Positions 37,722 to 47,152 of a DNA stretch of 64,000 bases are shown one piece after another. The translations under genes were made by a program, and so were the position numbers. The notes beneath the pieces are model-generated. The model was not told the origin of the DNA, made no database searches, and saw only the letters and a program-made list of their open reading frames with translations. Position 1 is the first letter of the stretch. The number at the start of each line of letters is the position of its first letter. Source of the DNA: Terrimicrobiaceae bacterium (GTDB lineage: Bacteria; Verrucomicrobiota; Verrucomicrobiia; Chthoniobacterales; Terrimicrobiaceae); the NCBI GenBank assembly GCA_041752695.1, contig JBGSVZ010000016.1:9222-73221 (forward strand), written 5' to 3'.

Positions 37722-39113
37722 ATGATTGCGCGCCAACAAGAAATACGTCTTCAACTCAACCAATTGATTGATGCGCTTCTTTTGGGCGTGGTCTTCTGGC
37801 TTTGCTATACGGTGAGGCATTCCAACCTGTTGGTGATGGACTCGCTGACGGAGATTCCGGGCTTCGAGTATTTTCTCTGGATGCTGGCGGTCATTATGCC
37901 GTTTGGGCCGTTTTTGCTCGAATTGCAGGGTTACTATTCCCATCCGCTGGAGAAGACGGTCGTAAAATCGCTCCACCAAATCGCGCGGGCGGGAATCTGG
38001 CTGGGGCTGATCATTGGGGGAGCGGTGATTTTCCTGCGCCTTTCGGTACCAAGCCGTTCGGTGCTGATCCTGTTTTGCCTCGCGGCGCCTGCGGCGTTGA
38101 TTTTCAAAGAGCGGGTTTATGCGTGGCACCGGATGTTGCGGTTAAAACAGGGCGAATCGGGCGAACGCATCATCCTCGCCGGAGAGCAGGAGCGGATGCG
38201 CGAAATTGTCCGCACCCTGACGGTGACCCAGCGTCTGGAGATCAATGTTGCCGAGCGGGTGGACCTGGAGGTCTGTGATGTCGGGGAGTTGGTGAAAGCC
38301 ATTCACCGCCAGAGCGTGGGGCGGGTCATTCTCGCGTTTAGCCGGCTCGAGATGGAAAAAGTCCAGCGCGCCATCGAAGCGTGCGAGGTCGAGGGCGTGG
38401 AGGCCTGGTTGAGCGCGGATTTTATCCGGACCTCCGTGGCGCGCCCGACCTATGAAAGTCTGGGAGGCCGTCCGATGCTGGTTTTCCGGGCGACGCCTGA
38501 CCTCTCCTGGGCTTTGCTCGTCAAAAATCTCATCGACCGGACCGGGGCACTGCTTGGACTGGTGGTGCTGTCGCCTCTTTTTGTGGTGCTGGCCATTGCG
38601 GTGCGGGTGGGCTCTCCGGGGCCAGTCATCTTTTGCCAGCGTCGCGCGGGCGTTCACGGCCGGCCATTCACCATGTTGAAGTTCCGCACGATGTCGGTGG
38701 ATGCGGAGGAGCGACATGCGGAACTGCGGGCGCAGAACGAAATGAGTGGACCGGTTTTTAAAGTCCAGAACGACCCCCGCATCACCAAGGCCGGCCGCTG
38801 GCTGCGCAAGACCAGTCTGGATGAATTGCCCCAACTCGTGAATGTGCTTCTCGGCCACATGAGTCTGGTGGGCCCACGCCCGCTGCCGCTCTACGAGGTG
38901 GAGAATTTTCAAGCCGCCGCGCACCGGCGGCGGCTCAGCATGAAACCCGGCCTCACCTGTCTCTGGCAGATCCGCGGACGCAATAATGTCACAAACTTCG
39001 ACGACTGGGTACGGATGGATCTGGAATACATCGACAATTGGTCGCTGACGCTGGATTTAAAGATCCTGGTCCAGACCATTCCGGTCGTGCTACTGGGTGC
39101 CGGAGCGAAATAA
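37722..39113 (+). CDS. Polyprenyl-phosphate glycosylphosphotransferase (WcaJ/WbaP-like priming GT)
   Basis: N-terminal TMs; KFRTM, DPRIT, LRKTSLDELPQL, MSLVGPRP, KPGLT. Confidence 0.93.
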   Translation: MIARQQEIRLQLNQLIDALLLGVVFWLCYTVRHSNLLVMDSLTEIPGFEYFLWMLAVIMPFGPFLLELQGYYSHPLEKTVVKSLHQIARAGIWLGLIIGGAVIFLRLSVPSRSVLILFCLAAPAALIFKERVYAWHRMLRLKQGESGERIILAGEQERMREIVRTLTVTQRLEINVAERVDLEVCDVGELVKAIHRQSVGRVILAFSRLEMEKVQRAIEACEVEGVEAWLSADFIRTSVARPTYESLGGRPMLVFRATPDLSWALLVKNLIDRTGALLGLVVLSPLFVVLAIAVRVGSPGPVIFCQRRAGVHGRPFTMLKFRTMSVDAEERHAELRAQNEMSGPVFKVQNDPRITKAGRWLRKTSLDELPQLVNVLLGHMSLVGPRPLPLYEVENFQAAAHRRRLSMKPGLTCLWQIRGRNNVTNFDDWVRMDLEYIDNWSLTLDLKILVQTIPVVLLGAGAK

Positions 39114-39187
39114 CGATGCGCGGGGCGGGCAGATGCCGCTTTTTCGTGCTGGTCAAAAGCGCCTTACGCCGATAATCAGACCGCCCG

Positions 39188-40141
39188 ATGTCTCACTCTT
39201 CCGGACCCATCACAAGCGTCGTCACTGGCGGCGCAGGATTTCTAGGCTCTCACCTGACGGACCGTCTCCTCCTGGAGGGGCATCGTGTGATCGCGATTGA
39301 TGATTTGATCACGGGTAACGTGGCGAACATCGAGCACCTTGCCGGCAACAAGAACTACAAGTTCATCAATCACGACGTCACGAACTACATCTTCATTCCT
39401 GGGGATGTGCATTACGTGTGGCATTTCGCCAGCCCGGCCAGCCCGATTGATTACCTCAACTATCCCATCCCCACCCTCAAGGTTGGTTCGCTCGGCACCC
39501 ACAACAGCCTCGGGCTGGCCAAGGCGAAAGGGGCAGCTTTCCTGCTCGCTTCGACCTCGGAATGTTACGGAGACCCACTGATTCATCCGCAAACCGAGGA
39601 TTACTGGGGCAACGTGAATCCCATCGGGCCGCGCGGTGTGTATGACGAAGCCAAACGTTTCGCCGAGGCCATCACCATGGCCTACCATCGCTTTCACAAT
39701 GTCAATACGAAGATCGTGCGGATCTTCAATACCTACGGTCCGCGCATGCGGCTCAACGACGGCCGGGTGGTGCCCGCCTTCATCGGGCAGGCTCTGTCCG
39801 GACAGGCCCTCACCATTTTCGGCGACGGCTCGCAAACGCGCAGCTTCTGCTACGTTTCCGATCTGATTGACGGCATCTTCCGCTTAATGATGAGCGACTA
39901 CCATAATCCGGTGAACATCGGAAACCCGCGGGAGATGACCATCCGGCAGTTCGCCGAGGAAATCATCCGCATTCTTGGCACCTCCTCCAAGATCGAGCAT
40001 CGTCCTCTTCCGGTGGATGACCCAAAGGTGCGCCAGCCCGACATCACGAGGGCCCGGGAGATCCTGGGATGGGAGCCGAAAGTGGACTTCGATCAGGGCA
40101 TCCGCACCACCATCGATTTCTTCAAGCCCCACGTGCGGTAA
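39188..40141 (+). CDS. UDP-glucuronate decarboxylase (UDP-xylose synthase) family
   Basis: [43 protein letters not shown]. Confidence 0.93.
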   Translation: MSHSSGPITSVVTGGAGFLGSHLTDRLLLEGHRVIAIDDLITGNVANIEHLAGNKNYKFINHDVTNYIFIPGDVHYVWHFASPASPIDYLNYPIPTLKVGSLGTHNSLGLAKAKGAAFLLASTSECYGDPLIHPQTEDYWGNVNPIGPRGVYDEAKRFAEAITMAYHRFHNVNTKIVRIFNTYGPRMRLNDGRVVPAFIGQALSGQALTIFGDGSQTRSFCYVSDLIDGIFRLMMSDYHNPVNIGNPREMTIRQFAEEIIRILGTSSKIEHRPLPVDDPKVRQPDITRAREILGWEPKVDFDQGIRTTIDFFKPHVR

Positions 40142-40156
40142 AACGGCTTTTCTTTG

Positions 40157-40185
40157 TTTACTCCCTTAACTAATTCGCGTATTCT
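40157..40185 (+). promoter_or_regulatory. Putative promoter of pilus-like operon
   Basis: TTTACT-17bp-TATTCT, 9 nt before ATG 40195. Confidence 0.45.
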
Positions 40186-40194
40186 GTTCCCTTC

Positions 40195-40824
40195 ATGTCT
40201 CCCTTGAAACTCCTCCCCGCGGCCGTTTTCACTGTCCTCCTGGCGACGAGCCTTCCGAGTCCTGCACAACAGCCGAATACGGAATTCAAGATTACGAAAA
40301 TCGAGCCAAACTTGCTCGAATCGCCTACCTACAGCGGTGTCCGGTATGACAAGCGGGGGGCGAAAGCGGGTTCCTGGTTGGAGGTGGAGGTCACTTTTGA
40401 CTGGCAGCCCCGGTTGAAGGAACCGAAATACACGGAGGAATTGACGGCCAACTTTTACATTCTCCTCACCAATGTGAGCCAACAATTCCCGAAGGGCGCT
40501 CTCCTCGTCGGCTCGGTGAATCTCATGAGCATTCCTCAGGGCAAAGACCTGCATACGGTTGTTTACGTGAGTCCGCGGACCTTGGAGCGATTTTTTGACG
40601 GGAAAGCGCCCGGCACGGCGGCCGCCGCGGTCAATGATATCGGGGTGACTTTGAGCAAACAGGGCCAGGTGGTGGCCACAACGAGTATGAAGAGCAAAAC
40701 GGGCGAATGGTGGCCTTCCTTCCAACAGACGCCTGGATACGTTCTCAACAAAAACGAGACCCCGTTCGCCCCCCTCGCTTGGGATTATTACGAGGCGATC
40801 AAACCGAAAGGTCCGGGCCTCTAA
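40195..40824 (+). CDS. Amuc_1102-like pilus-associated secreted protein
   Basis: Signal peptide; WLEVEV, YVSP, LNKNETPFAPLAWDYYE; first gene of cluster. Confidence 0.75.
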   Translation: MSPLKLLPAAVFTVLLATSLPSPAQQPNTEFKITKIEPNLLESPTYSGVRYDKRGAKAGSWLEVEVTFDWQPRLKEPKYTEELTANFYILLTNVSQQFPKGALLVGSVNLMSIPQGKDLHTVVYVSPRTLERFFDGKAPGTAAAAVNDIGVTLSKQGQVVATTSMKSKTGEWWPSFQQTPGYVLNKNETPFAPLAWDYYEAIKPKGPGL

Positions 40825-40863
40825 CCTCCAGGAGATCGGAAAAAAGTCCTTACCAGCTAGCTC

Positions 40864-42648
40864 ATGGCCGCGCCTACTCGCATCGTTTCGCTCAATCTTG
40901 GCATGCAAACCGTCACGTTGGCGGAATTTCATGTCAGGCCGGACGGGGGGATCACTCTCAATGCCTGCAAACAGGAGGAACTGATCGTCGACCCGGCTGC
41001 CGACGTGACCCGCCCGGCGCAAGTCGAGTCCGCGGTGGAAAATCTTCGGAAAGATCTCAAGCTGCCGGCCAAGTTGATGGTCAATTTTTGCCTGCCCTCT
41101 CAGGCCGTTTTTGCTCGTTTCGTTAAGCTCCCCGGTTCCTCCCCGGAGGACGTCTCTCAGATCATTGCCTTCGAGGCCCAGCAGAACGTGCCTTTCCCCA
41201 TTGATGAGGTCGTTTGGGATTACCAGATCATGGGTGATTCCAAGGACAACATGTGGGATGTAGCCTTGGTCGCCATCAAAGCGGACCAACTCGGCGAGAC
41301 AAACGCCTCGGTCAATAAGGGCGGGTTCAAAAGCTCCACCATCGATGTGGCACCCATGGCTCTCTACAACGCCTTCCGCTACAATTACAGTGAACTGACC
41401 GGTTCGTCATTGCTGATTGATATTGGGTCACGCACGACCAATTTGGTTTTTGTGGAAGGTCAGCGCGTCTTCAGCCGAAGCATTCCCGTTGGGGGCGGCA
41501 CGATCAGCGCGGCGATCGGTAAGGAGTTTAAGCAGGACGTCACCGTTGGCGAAAAGCTCAAGCTGGAAAAAGGATTTGTCGGACTCGGGGGAGCCTACGC
41601 CGAACCGGATGACCCAACGGAAACGCGGATCTCCAAGATTGTCCGTAATACGATGACTCGCCTCCATGCGGAGATTGCGCGTTCGATCAGTTTTTACCGG
41701 CAAAACCAGGGGGGCAGTGCGCCCGTCCGGGCCTTCCTCTGCGGCGGCACCGCCGGTCTGCCCTACATGCTCGAATTTTTCAGCGAAAAGCTGCAGATCC
41801 CCATTGAACATCTCAATCCTCTGCGCAACGTGACAGTGGCCAACGAGGAGACCGCCTCGTTTGTTGCCGGCAAGGCACATGCGCTCGGAGAGGTGGTTGG
41901 CGCCGCCCTTCGTGCCCTCAAGCATTGCCCGATGGAGATCAATCTCCGTCCACCCGTCGTGGTGCGCGAACAGGACATCGCCCGACGCAAACCGTTTTTG
42001 ATCCTGGCCGCCGCCTGCGTGGTCCTGGCCCCGGCCGCCTGGTGGTTTTATTTCAATCGGGCCACCGCGCTCACCCAGGAGAACCTGGACGCCGTGAATC
42101 GGGATGTCAGTCAGCTTGAGGCGGTTGCCAACCAGTTCAACACCCTTGAGGGCGAAACCAAAAAGCTGGTGGAGTCCGCCAGTCCCCTTCTTCTGGCGGC
42201 GGCCGAGCGTGGAGCTTGGTCGGAAATCATCGATGATTTGGGCTCCCGGCTCCCTAATCGCTACATTTGGATCACGGAGCTTGTCCCTCTCGTGGACGGG
42301 AAAACACCGTATCTCGTCGGAGGTGATTCCCCGAATACGTCGTCGCCTCCGCCGCCATCCGCGGCACCCGCTGCCGGGGGACCGCCCAAGCCAGGAGCCG
42401 CCCCGGCAGGCCCTCCGAAAGTTGACGCACTGCGCATCAGCGGTCTCTACCTCACCAATCCCCCCAATGAGAAAGCGCAACTGATGGTGGACGAGTTCGT
42501 GAATAACCTCCAAAAATCCTCGGTTTTTAAGATCGAAGAAAAAGACAAGGCCAAGGTGATCGTTGAGCGTCAGACGCCCGACGGCCAGAAGTGGGCCTAC
42601 AATTTCACTCTCGTGCTTCCGCTCCGTAACCCCATCGCCCTGCCATGA
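40864..42648 (+). CDS. PilM-like ATPase-fold fused to PilN-like domain (Amuc_1101-like)
   Basis: FEAQQNVPFPIDEVVWDYQ, IDIGSRTTN, EIARSISFY, LCGG, INL then TM and periplasmic domain. Confidence 0.88.
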   Translation: MAAPTRIVSLNLGMQTVTLAEFHVRPDGGITLNACKQEELIVDPAADVTRPAQVESAVENLRKDLKLPAKLMVNFCLPSQAVFARFVKLPGSSPEDVSQIIAFEAQQNVPFPIDEVVWDYQIMGDSKDNMWDVALVAIKADQLGETNASVNKGGFKSSTIDVAPMALYNAFRYNYSELTGSSLLIDIGSRTTNLVFVEGQRVFSRSIPVGGGTISAAIGKEFKQDVTVGEKLKLEKGFVGLGGAYAEPDDPTETRISKIVRNTMTRLHAEIARSISFYRQNQGGSAPVRAFLCGGTAGLPYMLEFFSEKLQIPIEHLNPLRNVTVANEETASFVAGKAHALGEVVGAALRALKHCPMEINLRPPVVVREQDIARRKPFLILAAACVVLAPAAWWFYFNRATALTQENLDAVNRDVSQLEAVANQFNTLEGETKKLVESASPLLLAAAERGAWSEIIDDLGSRLPNRYIWITELVPLVDGKTPYLVGGDSPNTSSPPPPSAAPAAGGPPKPGAAPAGPPKVDALRISGLYLTNPPNEKAQLMVDEFVNNLQKSSVFKIEEKDKAKVIVERQTPDGQKWAYNFTLVLPLRNPIALP

Positions 42649-43535
42649 ATTGGTTCCGTGAAAATCCCTTCGTCGCCGGAATAACGGCTTTCACCGTGGT
42701 CGCGGCGGGTGCCCTCATCTTTCTCGTCACGCAAGCGATGGCGCAGTACAGCGATGTGTCCGCAGCTTACACCCAAGCGGTGCAAAAGCTTCAAACCTTG
42801 CAAAATCGCTCCCCCTTCCCCAACGCAGAAAATTTGGAGAAGACCAAGGCGCTTGAGACACAGTATAAAAAGGATCTCACCGCCCTGCAGGAGCAACTCA
42901 CCAAGCTTGAAGCGCCGCTGAATCCCGACATCCGGCCCCAGCAGTTCCAGGATGATCTGCGCGCCGCCGTTAATCAGACGGTCGAAAAAGCGACCGCCGC
43001 TGGTGTGGGTCTTCCGAAGGACTTCTACCTTGGTTTCAGCCAATATATTAACAGCCCTCCGGAAGACCGAGCGGCTCCAGTTCTTGCCCGCCAGCTTACC
43101 GTCATTAGCGAGTTTGTCGGCCACCTCATCGACGTCAAAGTGCAGTCCATCGACAGTCTTTCTCGCCGACCATTGCCGGAAGAACAACCCGCGGCGCAGA
43201 GAAAACCCGGCATTGTCGATCGCTATCTTTTTGATGTCAGCTTCACGGCGGATCAAAGCAAGTTCCGCGTGATCATGAACACGATTTTGAAGTCGGAGCG
43301 CTTTCTCATCATTCGCGCTCTCAACGTTTCCAATACCAGCCAGGAGGGACCTCCGGTCGTGCAGGAAACGGCAGGTTCGCCCAGCGGAGCAGAGGTGCCG
43401 GGAGTTGCCAGCACGCAAGGAACCGAAGGGACGGGGTCCAACGAACTTAATGTCATTCTAGGCCGCGAACTGGTGAAAGTCTCCCTGCGCCTTGAGATGA
43501 TCGACTTCACCCCCGTTCCGGAGGTGAAAAAATAA
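42645..43535 (+). CDS. Amuc_1100-like (PilO-like) protein
   Basis: N-terminal TM, coiled coil, FYLGFSQY, FLIIRAL, ILGRE; synteny. Confidence 0.78.
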   Translation: MNWFRENPFVAGITAFTVVAAGALIFLVTQAMAQYSDVSAAYTQAVQKLQTLQNRSPFPNAENLEKTKALETQYKKDLTALQEQLTKLEAPLNPDIRPQQFQDDLRAAVNQTVEKATAAGVGLPKDFYLGFSQYINSPPEDRAAPVLARQLTVISEFVGHLIDVKVQSIDSLSRRPLPEEQPAAQRKPGIVDRYLFDVSFTADQSKFRVIMNTILKSERFLIIRALNVSNTSQEGPPVVQETAGSPSGAEVPGVASTQGTEGTGSNELNVILGRELVKVSLRLEMIDFTPVPEVKK

Positions 43536-43541
43536 TCTGTC

Positions 43542-44477
43542 ATGGATTGGGTGAAACAAAATTACGAGCGTGCCATCCTTGGCGCATCCGCAGTGGTCCT
43601 GCTGGTCTGTAGCGTCCTGGTCATACTGAATGTCCAGAGCTTCCCTGCGATGTTTGAGGGACGGAACAGCTCAAAACCGAAGGACAACACGATCAAGCCC
43701 TATCCGGTGGAGGCACTCACGGCGGCTTCCAGCAGAGTGGCCTCTACGCCAATCTGGAAGGGCCATGATGCCTCCCTGTTTGTCTCCCTTCCTTACGTGC
43801 TTAAGGACGGGCTTCCCATCAATCCGATGGAAAGCCCAGAGCCCCTTCATGAGCCCATCAAGAATTCTTGGCTGATCAAATATAACCTGCCTTGGTGGGA
43901 TCGCGACGTGAAGGAGCAGGATCCCGACGAGGATCGCTTCAATAACATTGATGAGTATACGGCGGGCACTGATCCCAAGGATAAGGCCTCCGTGCCACCT
44001 TACTGGACGAAGCTCCGTCTGAAAAAATTCATTTCGGTGCCGTTCCGTCTCAAATTCACGGGCACCCCCGATGATGGTCAGACCTTCGCCATCAATCCTC
44101 TCGATGGCAATCGCCGCACGCAGATGCTGCCCATCGGCGAGGTTATTGCGGGAACTCCTTATAAAATCATCAGCTACACCGCAAAATCGGAGACGGTGAA
44201 CGAGATCGATCGGGACGTCTCCGAGCTCACGGTGGAAAACACCGAAACCGGAAAGCGTGTTGTCCTCATCCGCGGCCGGGAGGCGAACGACCCCACCTCT
44301 TTTGCAGAGTTTGAGTATCTTTATGACAACTCGGTCTTCAAAGTGAAAAAAGACGACGACTTTACCCTCACACCGGAAACGGATCGCCCGTATAAACTCA
44401 TTGACATCAACGCTAGCGAAGCCCTAATACAAGATCAGAAGTCGAAGGAACAATACAAAATTCCTCCGGTTCAATGA
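43542..44477 (+). CDS. Amuc_1099-like protein with Ca-binding (TSP3-like) motif
   Basis: N-terminal TM; WLIKYNL, QDPDEDRFNNIDEYTAGTDP; synteny. Confidence 0.75.
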   Translation: MDWVKQNYERAILGASAVVLLVCSVLVILNVQSFPAMFEGRNSSKPKDNTIKPYPVEALTAASSRVASTPIWKGHDASLFVSLPYVLKDGLPINPMESPEPLHEPIKNSWLIKYNLPWWDRDVKEQDPDEDRFNNIDEYTAGTDPKDKASVPPYWTKLRLKKFISVPFRLKFTGTPDDGQTFAINPLDGNRRTQMLPIGEVIAGTPYKIISYTAKSETVNEIDRDVSELTVENTETGKRVVLIRGREANDPTSFAEFEYLYDNSVFKVKKDDDFTLTPETDRPYKLIDINASEALIQDQKSKEQYKIPPVQ

Positions 44478-44601
44478 AAGCCGCTGCCAAGCCTGACCAT
44501 GCGCGCCTTAACCAACGCGTTTTGCAAGTGGATCGGAGGGATTGCCCTCCGAGCCGGGCGTTTCCCTTTGAAAAATGTTCCCTAGATAAAGTTGCCTGAC
44601 C

Positions 44602-47109
44602 ATGAAGTTGCAAGTCCTTACCGTATCCGTCCTGCTCGCACTCAGCGCCCTTCCCAGCCACGCGCAACAAGCGGGTGCCCAAAGTGCCGCTGAACGCGAG
44701 ATCCGACGCCAGGAGCAGATGTCCCGTCATGCTCAGGAAGCCGTGAACAAAGGCAACGAGGCGATGCGCAACCAGGACTTCGAGACGGCTTTTGCGTATT
44801 TCAAGAGCGCGGTAGATGTCCTGCCCAGCAGTGGAGCCGCCACCGCCGCCGTGCGGGAGGAAGCTGTCGAGGGGTTCAGCCGGGCCTCGGTCAAGCTGGC
44901 GCAACAGCGGATTTCGGAGGGCCGATTCCAGGACGCTTCGATGACCATCAGCGTTGTGCTGGAGGACCGTTATAATCCGAGCTACGAGCCCGCTCTTGCC
45001 ATTCAAGCCAAGCTCAAACAGCCCGACACCTTCAACAAAACCCTCACGCCCGGCTTCATTGCCAACGTAGAGGAGGTCAAGCAGTTGTTGATGGAGGCCG
45101 ACGGATTTTACAGCACCGGCCGTTACGACCTCGCGTTCAAGCGCTATGAACAGGTCCTCAATGTCGACGCTTACAACATTGCCGCCCGGCGCGGCATGGA
45201 GAAAGTCAACCAAGCCCGCGCGAAATATGCGAGTGCCGCCTACAATGAGGCCCGTGGTGACATGTTGCGCTCGGTGGACAAAGGCTGGGAGCTGCCCGTC
45301 CGGAAGTTTGACATCGGATCCACCACCATCATCGCTCAGCCAGAGATTGATCAGCGTGGCACTTCCTTGATCAATCGCAAGCTCGACGAAATCACCATTC
45401 CCCGGATCGACTTCCAGGACGTGACAATTCGTGAAGCGCTGGATTTCATCAAACAACGCGCCGCCGCCCTGGACACGACAGAACAGGATCCGGCCAAAAA
45501 GGGAGTTAATATTGTCTTGAACATTCCCGAAGGTGCGCCCGAAGGCAGCGCCCGCATCACGCTGGGTCTGACCGATATTCCGCTTCGTGCGGCCATCAGC
45601 TACGTGGCAAATGCCGCCAACCTCAAACTGAAGGTTGAACCTTACGCGGTGTCGGTTGTTCAGCAGAACACTCCGACGGATGTCCTCATTACCAAGGAAT
45701 ACAAGGTTCCCCCAGGTTTCATCACGGCCCTGCCTGCCACTGGCGGCGCTGCCCCGTTGCCCGGAGCAGGTGGCACGACAGCTGCAGGATCCCTTTCGGC
45801 CGTGGCTGCACGCTCAGGAGCCCGCGAATTTCTCGAGACTTCCGGCGTCACCTTCCCTCCCGGGGCGACTGCGTATTTCATCGCAAGCTCGAGCAAACTG
45901 ATCGTCAAAAATACCCAGTCGAACCTCGATCTGGTTGACACGCTGGTGGAAAACTCTCTCACGACTCCTCCCAGCCAAGTCGAAATCGAATCCAAATTTT
46001 TGGAAGTCACCCAAAACAACCTCAAGGAACTGGGTGTGGATTGGCTGATCGGCCAGTTTGCCCTCGCTGGCGGATCAGGAGTGTATGGTGGCGGCGGAAC
46101 TCCCGGGCTGAATCAGTCTCTCAATAACAATGCTTATCCCATCATTGGTCCAAATGGCTTGCCGGTTGGAGCCTCCGGTGCCACGTCGGGTCCGATCACG
46201 GGCGGTAATCGGTCAGGCTCGACCGCCATCAGCGTCAATGCGGTTGACGCCTTGCTCTTCGGTTCTCCTCTCGGGCCAGCCCCGGCCATCATGTCCGTCG
46301 CGGGCGTCTTTACGAATCCTCAGTTCCAGGTTGTTCTCCGCGCTCTTAATCAGCAAAAGGGCGTGGACCTGGTCAGCGCTCCCCGGGTGACCACAAAAAG
46401 CGGTGTCCGGGCAACCATTCAAATTGTTCGCGAGTTTCGTTATCCCACGGAATTCGATTTGCCCCAGGTGACACAGACTCCAGGATCAATCTATACGCCC
46501 GCCACACCCACGACTCCCACCTCGTTCGAGACCAAGCCAGTCGGTATTACTCTCGAAGTGGAACCCACGGTCGGTCCGGACGGATACACGATCGATCTGA
46601 TACTTTCGCCCCGCGTTGTCGAGTTTGATGGATTCATCAATTACGGCAGCCCGATTAATACCGTCGCTACCACGGTTGGCGGTGGCCTGATCGACGCGGA
46701 TGGAAATATTCTCCAATTCGTTCCGTCCATCAGCCGGACGATCACGATGACCGACAACATCATCAATCAGCCGGTCTTCTCGACGCGGGAAGTGACCACC
46801 GAAGTCACGGTCTACGACGGTCAGACCGTTGTCCTTGGTGGGCTGATGCGTGAGGACATTCAGAAGACAGAAGATAAAGTCCCGATCCTTGGCGATATTC
46901 CGATCGCCGGGCGGCTCTTCAGGACCACCGCCGATCAGCACATCAAACGGAACCTCATTATGTTTGTGACCGCCAATCTGTTGGACCCCGCTGGCCAGCC
47001 TTTGATCAAAGTGGACGAGGAGAATGAAATTATCGCCGTGCCGGACGCCGCCGCCATTGGCGACGAGATCATCCCCGGTGACGCCTCTTCCATCCCTCTA
47101 CCCCAATGA
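44602..47109 (+). CDS. Secretin (Amuc_1098/PilQ-like) copy 1 with N-terminal TPR-like region
   Basis: QVEIESKF, ELGVDW, DLVSAPRVTT, VGITLEVEP, VYDGQTVVLGGL, KVPILGDIPIAGRLF. Confidence 0.93.
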   Translation: MKLQVLTVSVLLALSALPSHAQQAGAQSAAEREIRRQEQMSRHAQEAVNKGNEAMRNQDFETAFAYFKSAVDVLPSSGAATAAVREEAVEGFSRASVKLAQQRISEGRFQDASMTISVVLEDRYNPSYEPALAIQAKLKQPDTFNKTLTPGFIANVEEVKQLLMEADGFYSTGRYDLAFKRYEQVLNVDAYNIAARRGMEKVNQARAKYASAAYNEARGDMLRSVDKGWELPVRKFDIGSTTIIAQPEIDQRGTSLINRKLDEITIPRIDFQDVTIREALDFIKQRAAALDTTEQDPAKKGVNIVLNIPEGAPEGSARITLGLTDIPLRAAISYVANAANLKLKVEPYAVSVVQQNTPTDVLITKEYKVPPGFITALPATGGAAPLPGAGGTTAAGSLSAVAARSGAREFLETSGVTFPPGATAYFIASSSKLIVKNTQSNLDLVDTLVENSLTTPPSQVEIESKFLEVTQNNLKELGVDWLIGQFALAGGSGVYGGGGTPGLNQSLNNNAYPIIGPNGLPVGASGATSGPITGGNRSGSTAISVNAVDALLFGSPLGPAPAIMSVAGVFTNPQFQVVLRALNQQKGVDLVSAPRVTTKSGVRATIQIVREFRYPTEFDLPQVTQTPGSIYTPATPTTPTSFETKPVGITLEVEPTVGPDGYTIDLILSPRVVEFDGFINYGSPINTVATTVGGGLIDADGNILQFVPSISRTITMTDNIINQPVFSTREVTTEVTVYDGQTVVLGGLMREDIQKTEDKVPILGDIPIAGRLFRTTADQHIKRNLIMFVTANLLDPAGQPLIKVDEENEIIAVPDAAAIGDEIIPGDASSIPLPQ

Positions 47110-47152
47110 CTTGCCGCCCCGGAAAATGAGATTTTTGCCCCTACCTGATATT